From an uncultured Gammaproteobacteria bacterium (GTDB taxonomy: Bacteria; Patescibacteriota; Microgenomatia; Daviesbacterales; UBA10151), in the NCBI GenBank assembly GCA_964500725.1, contig CAZCNP010000002.1, forward strand, positions 197,347 to 261,346: a stretch of 64,000 bases of DNA, given 5' to 3'. Position numbers and translations under genes: made by a program. The notes beneath the pieces are model-generated. The model worked only from the letters and a program-made list of their open reading frames with translations, was not told where the DNA came from and made no database searches. Below are positions 50,284-57,978 of this stretch, piece after piece (positions within the stretch are counted from its first letter, which is position 1; each line of letters begins with the position of its first letter).

Positions 50284-50427
50284 GTGGCTTGTTCATGTAC
50301 AAAAAATCGCTCGCACTCTAGAAAGTTGCTCGCTTGATGTTTGTTTTGTATTAAATCTAGCTCGATTCATTGAGTTGGTACTATACAAAATTGCACAACA
50401 TTTTTTGTTTACATTGAACTTCGCCAC
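50284..50427 (+). repeat. Structured intergenic element, copy 3
   Basis: GTGGC-TT-GTTCA-TGTACAAAAAAT...ATTTTTTGTTTACA-T-TGAAC-TTC-GCCAC; internal CTCGATTCATTGAG hairpin. Confidence 0.85.
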
Positions 50428-50476
50428 TGATTAAAGTACCTGGTCAGTTTAAGGTTAATCTGCTAAAATTGAGCTC

Positions 50477-53383
50477 ATGGCTAAATTTAAACCAGTATCA
50501 TCTCAAGTTGATTTTCCGAGCTTAGAAAGAGAGTTGCTAGACTATTGGTACAAAGAGGGGATCGTAGAAAAATATTTAAATAAAAATAATTCCTCTGAGA
50601 AGCAATATTCCTTTTTAGATGGTCCTATTACTGCTAATAATCCTATGGGTGTTCATCATGCTTGGGGTAGGACTTACAAAGACTTGTGGCAGAGATTTTT
50701 TAACATGAAGGGATATAAACAAAGATTCCAAAATGGTTTTGATGAGCAGGGGTTATGGGTAGAGGTTGAGGTAGAAAAAGAATTAGAACTTCACAGCAAA
50801 AAAGATATAGAAAATTTAGTGCCAGGGGATAAATTTAAAAGTTTGGAAAAGTTTATCAATCTTTGTAAAGATAGAGTTAAAAAATATTCTGATATCCAAA
50901 CAGACCAGTCCAAAAGACTTGGATATTTTATGGACTGGGATAATTCCTATCATACTTCCTCTGATGAAAATAATTTTGCTATCTGGAATTTTATAAAAGT
51001 AGTAAATGAAAAGGGTTGGCTTTATAAAGGTTATGATAGTGTGCCGTGGTGTCCCAGATGTGGAACTGCTATTTCACAACATGAGATTTTGACTGAAGAT
51101 TATAAAGAAGTTGTTCATGAATCAGTTTATTTTAAACTTTCTATAAAAGGTAAAGAAAATGAATATTTGGTAGTTTGGACTACCACTCCTTGGACTATTC
51201 CTGCAAATGTAGCAGTAGCTGTTGACCCAAAACAAGATTATACCCAACTTCAGTTGGAAAATGGGGATTTGATTTGGGTTATGGAGAAAAGAGTAGGGGC
51301 TTTAGGAAAATTAGGTCTGGGAAATGTAAAAAAAATCTCTAAAGCAAAGGGGAAAGATTTAGTAGGTTTGGAATATACTGCTCCTTTTGATCATTTACCC
51401 AGAGTAAATATTGCCTTGGGAGAATATATACATAGGGTGGTAGAAAATGATGAGTTAATTTTACCCATAAGTGGTGAGGAAGGAACAGGTCTTGTCCATA
51501 TAGCAACTGGTGCTGGAACTGAAGATTTTAAATTGGGAGCAAAATTAGGCCTTCCTGTTATAGAACTAATTGATGAGGAGGCAAGTTATTTAGGAGAGAT
51601 GGAAGATTTTTCAGGACAAAATGCTAAAAAACATCCAGAGGCAGTTATAGATTTTCTTAAGGGTAAAGAAAGAGGAAGATTTTTACTTACTACTGAAAGA
51701 ATAAAACACCGCTACCCGATGTGCTGGAGATGTAAGACAGAACTTGTTTGGAGGGTGGTGGATGAGTGGTATATAGCAATGGATAGGGATGACAGTTCTG
51801 GAAAAACTTACAGAGAGCAGATGGTAGAAGTTGCCAAAAAAATTAATTGGATTCCTAAGTGGGGTTTGGATAGGGAGCTGGATTGGCTTAAGAATATGCA
51901 TGATTGGCTGATTAGTAAGAAGAGATATTGGGGCTTGTCTTTGCCAATATGGGTTTGTAAAAGTTGTAATAATTTTGAAGTTATTGGCAGTAAAGAAGAA
52001 CTGAAAGAAAAAGCAGTAGAGGGTTGGGAGGAGTTTGAAGGGCATTCTCCACACAGGCCTTGGGTTGATGCTATTAAAATTAAATGTTCAAAATGCACAG
52101 AGGTTTCTTCAAGAATTCCTGATGTTGGCAACCCTTGGCTTGATGCTGGAATTGTGCCTTACTCTACTATGCCAAAAGAATGGTTTCCTGCTGATTTTGT
52201 AACTGAAAGTTTTCCTGGACAGTTTAAAAATTGGTTTTATTCATTGATTGCTATGAGTACTGCTCTAAGTGGGGAGAACCCATTCAAAAGCATTTTAGGA
52301 TTTGCATCTTTGCTGGATGAAAAAGGTGAACCTATGCATAAATCTAAAGGCAATGCCATAGAGTTTAATGAAGCAGCAGACAAAATTGGAGCTGATATTA
52401 TGAGGTGGCTTTATGTTACCCAAAATCCAGAGGCTAATTTACTATTTGGTTATACTCCTGCAGCTGAGGTAAAAAGAAGATTTTATTTGATACTATGGAA
52501 CAGTTATAAATTCTTCGTTGACTATGCTATTTTTTCCAATTGGCAGGTTAAAGAAATTAGAGATTTAAAAAATTTAGGAGTTTTAGATAAGTGGATACTG
52601 GCAAGATTGAATGAGGTAGTCTTGACAGTTGATGATAAATTAGAAAAATATGATGCTGTATCTGCATCAAGAGCACTTGAGGATTTTGTAGTAAATGATT
52701 TTTCCACTTGGTATATCAGAAGGTCTAGGGATAGAGTAGGGCCAGAGGCTGTTTCTGAGGAGCGAGATACTGCTTTATCGATAATGTATGAAGTGCTGGT
52801 TAAAACTTCTAAGCTTTTGGCTCCATTTATACCATTTGTTTCAGAGGAAATATTTAAAAATTTAACAGGAGAGCAGTCTGTACATCTCCAAGATTATCCT
52901 GAGGGAAATAAAAATTTACTAGATAAGGATTTAGTAAAAGATATGATGTATTTAAGAAAAATTGCAGAAGTTGGACATGCCAAAAGAAAAGAAGCAGGTA
53001 TTAAGTTAAGGCAGCCTCTATCTTCTGTGTTATATAAATTGCCAAATAGATTATCGGAAGAGTTGGAAAAAGTATTAGCTGATGAATTAAATGTAAAGAA
53101 AGTAGAATATAAAAAATCTACCAAGTCTGACCCTGAAGTAGAACTTGATATTAAAATTACTCCAGAACTAGCAGCAGAAGGGGAGGCTAGAGATTTAATC
53201 AGGCAAATACAGCAAGCCAGAAAAGAGCAGAATTTAACTTTGGAAAATAAAACCAAAATTATTGCTCCTTCTTGGCCAGCAGCTTTTGAAAAGCAAATAC
53301 TTGCTAGTACTGCATCGGTTTCAATTATCAAAGGCCCAGAGTTTCAGGTAATAAATTTAGATGAAAATACTAAAGATTCTTAA
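50477..53383 (+). CDS. ileS: Isoleucine--tRNA ligase, type 2 (IleRS2)
   Basis: FLDGPITAN, WTTTPWT, GTGLVH, DWLISKKRYWG, WYIRRSR, EGEARDLIRQIQQARK IleRS2-type C-terminus with no zinc finger. Confidence 0.96.
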   Translation: MAKFKPVSSQVDFPSLERELLDYWYKEGIVEKYLNKNNSSEKQYSFLDGPITANNPMGVHHAWGRTYKDLWQRFFNMKGYKQRFQNGFDEQGLWVEVEVEKELELHSKKDIENLVPGDKFKSLEKFINLCKDRVKKYSDIQTDQSKRLGYFMDWDNSYHTSSDENNFAIWNFIKVVNEKGWLYKGYDSVPWCPRCGTAISQHEILTEDYKEVVHESVYFKLSIKGKENEYLVVWTTTPWTIPANVAVAVDPKQDYTQLQLENGDLIWVMEKRVGALGKLGLGNVKKISKAKGKDLVGLEYTAPFDHLPRVNIALGEYIHRVVENDELILPISGEEGTGLVHIATGAGTEDFKLGAKLGLPVIELIDEEASYLGEMEDFSGQNAKKHPEAVIDFLKGKERGRFLLTTERIKHRYPMCWRCKTELVWRVVDEWYIAMDRDDSSGKTYREQMVEVAKKINWIPKWGLDRELDWLKNMHDWLISKKRYWGLSLPIWVCKSCNNFEVIGSKEELKEKAVEGWEEFEGHSPHRPWVDAIKIKCSKCTEVSSRIPDVGNPWLDAGIVPYSTMPKEWFPADFVTESFPGQFKNWFYSLIAMSTALSGENPFKSILGFASLLDEKGEPMHKSKGNAIEFNEAADKIGADIMRWLYVTQNPEANLLFGYTPAAEVKRRFYLILWNSYKFFVDYAIFSNWQVKEIRDLKNLGVLDKWILARLNEVVLTVDDKLEKYDAVSASRALEDFVVNDFSTWYIRRSRDRVGPEAVSEERDTALSIMYEVLVKTSKLLAPFIPFVSEEIFKNLTGEQSVHLQDYPEGNKNLLDKDLVKDMMYLRKIAEVGHAKRKEAGIKLRQPLSSVLYKLPNRLSEELEKVLADELNVKKVEYKKSTKSDPEVELDIKITPELAAEGEARDLIRQIQQARKEQNLTLENKTKIIAPSWPAAFEKQILASTASVSIIKGPEFQVINLDENTKDS

Positions 53384-54425
53384 CCTGCCAATTAGTTTAG
53401 TATCACTGCTTTTAGTATCTATTGGCATTTTGGTAATTTATTCTTCTTCAAAGGAGCTTGCTTTGCAGCAAAGCATTTTTACTATTGTTGGATTTCTGTC
53501 TTTTTTCCTAGTTTCCCAGCTTGATTTTTCAGCGCTTAAGAATTTTGTCAAACCATTATATATTTTTATTTTAATACTTCTGGTAACAGTACTTATTTTA
53601 GGATTTGAGACAAGGGGTAGTTTGAGGTGGATTCCTCTTGGGATATTTAATATCCAGCCTTCTGAGTTTGCCAAGCCAATTTTAGTTTTAACTTTGGCTA
53701 ATTTTTGGTCCAAAAGATCTACTTCTTGGTTAAATATTGGAAAAAGTTTGCTTTGGACTGCACCTTTATTTTTGCTGATTTTTAAACAACCAGATTTAGG
53801 GTCATCTTTGACTTTAATTGCTATTTGGCTAGGAACGTTATTTGCTGCTCAAACTTCTCTCAAGAAAATATTAATCTTAGGTTTGGCTATAGCACTTGTT
53901 ATTCCAACTAGCTGGTTATTTTTACATGATTATCAAAGGGAAAGAGTTCTTGGGTTTCTTTCTCCTAATTCTGATCCTTTAGGTAGAGGTTACAATGTCA
54001 TTCAATCAACCATTGCTGTTGGATCTGGAGAGCTGTTTGGTAGAGGATTAGGCAGGGGGACTCAGTCAAGATTACAGTTCTTACCAGAATATAGAACTGA
54101 TTTTATCTTTGCTTCAATAGCAGAGGAATTAGGATTTGTGGGATCAGTTTTAATCTTAATACTATATTTATTTTTGTTCATTTATTCTTTATGGGTAGCC
54201 CAAAAAAACACTAGAGTCTTCAATTCGCTATTAATATCAGGGGTGGTTGCTATGCTGTTGTTTCAGGTTTTTGTTAACATTGGTATGAATATTGGATTGC
54301 TGCCTATAACTGGTATTACACTGCCGCTTATTTCATATGGGGGTAGTTCAATGATTGCTACATTTATACTTCTAGGGATGATTGCATCAACTGTTAAAGG
54401 TTTACGAGGAAGTGAATTGACATAA
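53361..54425 (+). CDS. rodA: SEDS protein RodA
   Basis: GSLRWI, IQPSEFAK, QPDLGS, GYNVIQSTIAVGSG, LPEYRTDFIF, PITGITLPLISYGGSS. Confidence 0.92.
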   Translation: MKILKILNLPISLVSLLLVSIGILVIYSSSKELALQQSIFTIVGFLSFFLVSQLDFSALKNFVKPLYIFILILLVTVLILGFETRGSLRWIPLGIFNIQPSEFAKPILVLTLANFWSKRSTSWLNIGKSLLWTAPLFLLIFKQPDLGSSLTLIAIWLGTLFAAQTSLKKILILGLAIALVIPTSWLFLHDYQRERVLGFLSPNSDPLGRGYNVIQSTIAVGSGELFGRGLGRGTQSRLQFLPEYRTDFIFASIAEELGFVGSVLILILYLFLFIYSLWVAQKNTRVFNSLLISGVVAMLLFQVFVNIGMNIGLLPITGITLPLISYGGSSMIATFILLGMIASTVKGLRGSELT

Positions 54426-54445
54426 CATCTTCAACAAGATAGAAT
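54417..54445 (+). promoter_or_regulatory. sigma70 promoter of rplU (leaderless geometry)
   Basis: TTGACA-17-TAGAAT, then 7 nt to ATG 54453. Confidence 0.75.
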
Positions 54446-54452
54446 TACTCCC

Positions 54453-54758
54453 ATGTTAACTTATGCAATTTGTGAAATCTCAGGAAAACAATATAAAGTA
54501 GTTCCTGGCAAAATATTTGAGGTTGCACTCCAAGAAGAGGATAAAAAAGATATAGAGGCAAATGTTTTGCTTCTTTCTGAGGGGGATAAATTAGAGATAG
54601 GAAACCCATACCTTAAACAAAAACTAAGTTTAAAAAAGGTTGAGAATACTAAAGGGGAAAAGATCAGAGTTTCAAAATTCCATGCTAAAGCAAATTTCAG
54701 AAGAACTACAGGTTACAGGTCAAAAATAACCAAAGTTGTTTTGTCAGGCTTGACTTAA
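54453..54758 (+). CDS. rplU: 50S ribosomal protein L21
   Basis: YAICEISGKQYKV, IGNPYL, KGEKIRVSKF, GYR. Confidence 0.93.
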   Translation: MLTYAICEISGKQYKVVPGKIFEVALQEEDKKDIEANVLLLSEGDKLEIGNPYLKQKLSLKKVENTKGEKIRVSKFHAKANFRRTTGYRSKITKVVLSGLT

Positions 54759-54778
54759 ATTTTCACAGAAGATATACT
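54750..54778 (+). promoter_or_regulatory. sigma70 promoter of rpmA (leaderless geometry)
   Basis: TTGACT-17-TATACT, then 7 nt to ATG 54786. Confidence 0.72.
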
Positions 54779-54785
54779 CTCCTTT

Positions 54786-55031
54786 ATGGCACATAAAACA
54801 GGTGGTGGAAGCACAAGAAAAAATAAAGATTCAGTTTCCAAGAGATTGGGAGTTAAGATATATGGTGGGCAAAAAGCTGAAGTAGGAAATATTTTAGTTC
54901 GTCAAAAAGGTAATAAATTTCATTCAGGAGCAGGGACTAAACAAGGAAATGATTATACTATTTTTGCAGTTACAGCTGGCAAAGTGGAATTTAAAAAGAA
55001 ACTGGGAAAAAAGATTATTTCTGTTGTTTAA
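54786..55031 (+). CDS. rpmA: 50S ribosomal protein L27
   Basis: MAHKTGGGSTR...KRLGVK...GNILVRQKG. Confidence 0.97.
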   Translation: MAHKTGGGSTRKNKDSVSKRLGVKIYGGQKAEVGNILVRQKGNKFHSGAGTKQGNDYTIFAVTAGKVEFKKKLGKKIISVV

Positions 55032-55037
55032 CTTATT

Positions 55038-55892
55038 ATGGATGAGCAGATTTATGAGCTGGAGATAGATTTCCTGCAACCTAACCCCTTACAACCTAGA
55101 GGATTAATTGCTCCTGAATCTTTAGCAGAACTGGCAAACTCTATAAAAGCACATGGTATTTTAGAACCAATAGTAGTTGCTAAAACTCCTGCAGGATACC
55201 AAATTATTGCAGGAGAAAGAAGATGGAGAGCTTCTAAATCCATTGGCCTTCCCAAAGTCCCAGTCATTATCAGAGAAACTAGTCCTCAAGGAATGCTTGA
55301 GATGGCAATTGTAGAAAATGTTCAAAGAATAGATTTAAATCCTTTAGAGAGAGCCCAAGCATACAGAAGATTAATGGATGAGTTTGGTTTAACAAATCAA
55401 GAAATTGCTGAAAGAGTTTCCAAAAGTCCTTCATACATTTCAAATACCATAAGACTTTTAATTTTGCCTGATGCTTTAAAGGATGCATTGATGTCTGGGG
55501 CAACTTCAGAGGGTCATGCCAGAGCTTTGGCAGCGCTTGAGGATCCTCATCTTATTATTTCAGCTTATAAAGAGGTGCTCAAGAGGAATTTATCAGTGAG
55601 GGGAGCAGAGGAGTTGGTTCGCCGCTTAAGGACAGAAAAAGGTATTGGTCCTAAGAAAATGGCTGATGTGGACGGGATGAGGATAATGTCTGAAGATGTT
55701 GATAAAATTCAGGAAAATATTAGCAATGTTCTGGCAAGAAGAGCAGATAAGTTTCATGTTAAGTGTCAATTGACTGGTAAAAGAGCAAGACTGGAACTAT
55801 TGATAGATGGTGAGCCAGGAAAAACCACTCCGGTATTAGAAGACCTGCATCAGGCAATTGTTGGGTATTTTAATTTACTTATTGGTAAGTAA
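55038..55892 (+). CDS. parB: ParB/Spo0J family partition protein
   Basis: PNPLQPR, GILEPIVV, IAGERRWRA, ENVQRIDLNPLE, HTH, GHARAL. Confidence 0.93.
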   Translation: MDEQIYELEIDFLQPNPLQPRGLIAPESLAELANSIKAHGILEPIVVAKTPAGYQIIAGERRWRASKSIGLPKVPVIIRETSPQGMLEMAIVENVQRIDLNPLERAQAYRRLMDEFGLTNQEIAERVSKSPSYISNTIRLLILPDALKDALMSGATSEGHARALAALEDPHLIISAYKEVLKRNLSVRGAEELVRRLRTEKGIGPKKMADVDGMRIMSEDVDKIQENISNVLARRADKFHVKCQLTGKRARLELLIDGEPGKTTPVLEDLHQAIVGYFNLLIGK

Positions 55893-56465
55893 GCCAATGT
55901 CTTTAGGTGGCCAGTAACGGAATAGTGCTCTGCCAATTAATTCTTCTTTTGTGATAGGACCCCATTCTCTGGAGTCAGAGGAGTGATTTCTATTGTCTCC
56001 AATTACATAATATTGGTTATCTCCCACTGTGATAGGGGTGTTCTCTGTGATAAATGCTCCAGCTTTTGTGGAAGCGCCAACTGGTAAATAATTTTCTTTG
56101 GTGGGTTGATTATTTATATAAATAGCTCCATTTCTAATTTCTAAGGTATTACCAGGAACAGCAATAATTCTTTTAATAAAATCCTGGGATTCATCTCTGG
56201 GGTTTCTCAAAACTACAATTTCTCCGGGTTTTGGTTCTCTTAATCTATAGCTGACTTTTTCTGTAATTAGGTAATCACCATTATGAAAGGTGGGTACCAT
56301 TGAATTGCCTGATACTTTATGAAATTGAGCAACAAATAAATAGATGGCTGCAAAAATAGCTCCAAACACTACCAGTGTTTCAAAAAACTCTACTAAATAA
56401 CCACCTAAATTTCCAAAAAAACCCTTAGGAGGAGTATTACCATAGTCTAAAGTATTAAGGTCCAT
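55875..56465 (-). CDS. lepB: Signal peptidase I
   Basis: VSGNSMVPT (catalytic Ser), FIKRII (catalytic Lys), GDNRNHSSDSREWG. Confidence 0.96.
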   Translation of the reverse strand: MDLNTLDYGNTPPKGFFGNLGGYLVEFFETLVVFGAIFAAIYLFVAQFHKVSGNSMVPTFHNGDYLITEKVSYRLREPKPGEIVVLRNPRDESQDFIKRIIAVPGNTLEIRNGAIYINNQPTKENYLPVGASTKAGAFITENTPITVGDNQYYVIGDNRNHSSDSREWGPITKEELIGRALFRYWPPKDIGLLTNK

Positions 56466-56492
56466 ATTTTGCTATTATCTCAAACCGTATGG

Positions 56493-56521
56493 TTGGCAAG
56501 CAAGAGGGAGGGTGTTAAAAT
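56493..56521 (+). promoter_or_regulatory. sigma70 promoter for the nested tRNA locus
   Basis: TTGGCA-17-TAAAAT with an extended TG, ending 13 nt before the outer tRNA 5' end. Confidence 0.65.
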
Positions 56522-56534
56522 TATACAGTTTACT

Positions 56535-56722
56535 GGACGGATAGCTCAGTGGGTCCTGCACGAAGTGCGGACGGGAGTCTAAATGACTCCCAGGAAGAGC
56601 GCTGCATTACGGTCGTATAGCTCAGTTGGTTAGAGCGCTTCGTTCACATCGAAGAGGTCTCTGGTTCGAGTCCAGATACGACCACATTGCAGATGCCGTG
56701 GGTTCAAATCCCTCTCCGTCCA
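56535..56722 (+). tRNA. Outer tRNA (Val-like; anticodon ambiguous), interrupted by a 42-nt D-loop insertion and by a whole tRNA in the anticodon loop
   Basis: Acceptor GGACGGA/TCCGTCC with A73; D stem GCTC/GAGC; anticodon stem CTGCA/TGCAG; variable loop ATGCC; T arm GTGGG-TTCAAAT-CCCTC (one mismatch). Confidence 0.8.
56611..56684 (+). tRNA. tRNA-Val(CAC), nested inside the outer tRNA
   Basis: GGTCGTA/TACGACC acceptor, GCTC/GAGC D stem, CTTCG-TTCACAT-CGAAG anticodon arm, TCTGG-TTCGAGT-CCAGA T arm, A73; CCA not encoded. Confidence 0.95.
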
Positions 56723-56745
56723 CAATTTTCTGATACAATTTACTA

Positions 56746-57978
56746 GTGAGGAATATTTTAAAACAAACATCTTGGTTGATCATTGCACAGGGGATAACCA
56801 GGGTAATCAGTTTTTTTTATGTGATGTTTTTGGCTAGGATTTTGGGGGTGTCTGAGTTTGGGTTATACACTGTTGCGCTGGCATATTTCTCCATAATTTC
56901 TGCTATTGCTGATTTTGGTTTTAATAGATATTTAATCAGGGAAGCTGCAACTGATAGGTCAAAAGTTGCTGTTTTACTTTGGAATATTATCCTTTTAAGG
57001 CTAACTTTAACTGCTGTTTTATTTGCTGTTTTTGCAGTAAATTTATACCTTTTAGATACTGATAAGGCAAGAGTTTCTTTAATACTGCTTGCTGCTTTGG
57101 CTATTTTACCCCAAGCGATTGCTTTTACTTTCGATGCTATATTTGTAGGTTTACAAAAGCTGCAATTTTCTGCTATTTCTCTCTTTGTTGCTAGTTTAAC
57201 AACTGCAGGAACGGGATTTGTTCTAGTAAGCCAGGGGTTTGGCAGTATAGGAGCTGTTAATGCTTTAATAATTGGGCAAGTAGTTTATGCAGTTTTTTTA
57301 TTTATATTTTTAATTAAGAATGAAAAATTAGTTTTAACTGATGTAAAGTTTGAATTAATTAAAGATGCAATCAAAGGATCATTACCTTATGGTATCTTAG
57401 GGGTCCTGGGACTTTTATATTTTAGGATAGATGCAATATTGCTTTCCTACATTAAAGGCAGTTTTGAAACAGGAATTTATGGAGCTGCTTATAAGTTTTT
57501 AGAAAGTTTAATATTTATTCCTTCAGCTTTTTCGTTAGCGTTGTTCCCTATTTTAGCAAGAAGTCATGAATCTTCTCCAGGCAATCTAAAAAGATTATAT
57601 TTCAAATCCTTAAAGATTATGTTGCTGGTTTCTTTAGTGATTGCTGCAGGTTACGTATTTATACTGCCTGAAATTATTCAGATGTTTCTTCCAAATTATC
57701 TTCCCTCAATTGGGGCAATTAAAATTTTATCACTTTCAATTCCTTTTATGTTTATTCATGTCCCTGCTGTTTCGATCCTTTTATCTACTGATAAATACTT
57801 AAAGCCTATTATTCTTTTTTCTATTCTGACATTATCTTTTAATATAATAACTAATTTAATATTTATTCCGAGTTATGGATATATTGCTGCTGCTTGGATA
57901 ACTACCTTTTCAGAAATGCTCTCTTTTGCAGTGTTTTTTTGGTTAGTTAAAATAAAGGTTTTGGATACTAAGAGTTAA
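56746..57978 (+). CDS. Wzx-like polysaccharide flippase (MOP/MATE superfamily)
   Basis: LARILGVSEFGLY, DFGFN, YFRIDAILLS, GIYGAAYK, LIFIPSYGYIAAA; about 12 TM helices. Confidence 0.9.
   Translation: MRNILKQTSWLIIAQGITRVISFFYVMFLARILGVSEFGLYTVALAYFSIISAIADFGFNRYLIREAATDRSKVAVLLWNIILLRLTLTAVLFAVFAVNLYLLDTDKARVSLILLAALAILPQAIAFTFDAIFVGLQKLQFSAISLFVASLTTAGTGFVLVSQGFGSIGAVNALIIGQVVYAVFLFIFLIKNEKLVLTDVKFELIKDAIKGSLPYGILGVLGLLYFRIDAILLSYIKGSFETGIYGAAYKFLESLIFIPSAFSLALFPILARSHESSPGNLKRLYFKSLKIMLLVSLVIAAGYVFILPEIIQMFLPNYLPSIGAIKILSLSIPFMFIHVPAVSILLSTDKYLKPIILFSILTLSFNIITNLIFIPSYGYIAAAWITTFSEMLSFAVFFWLVKIKVLDTKS

Noticed and set aside
50284-50476. T-box riboswitch upstream of ileS
   Set aside because: No T-box consensus (GGTGGNACCGCG) is present. 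The sequence is a copy of the repeat also found before mraZ and murB, and the ileS -10 lies downstream of it.
56553-56684. Group I/II intron or archaeal BHB intron explanation for the tRNA insertions
   Set aside because: The inserts are 42 and about 74 nt, lack ribozyme core motifs and show no bulge-helix-bulge geometry. The larger insert is itself a canonical tRNA.
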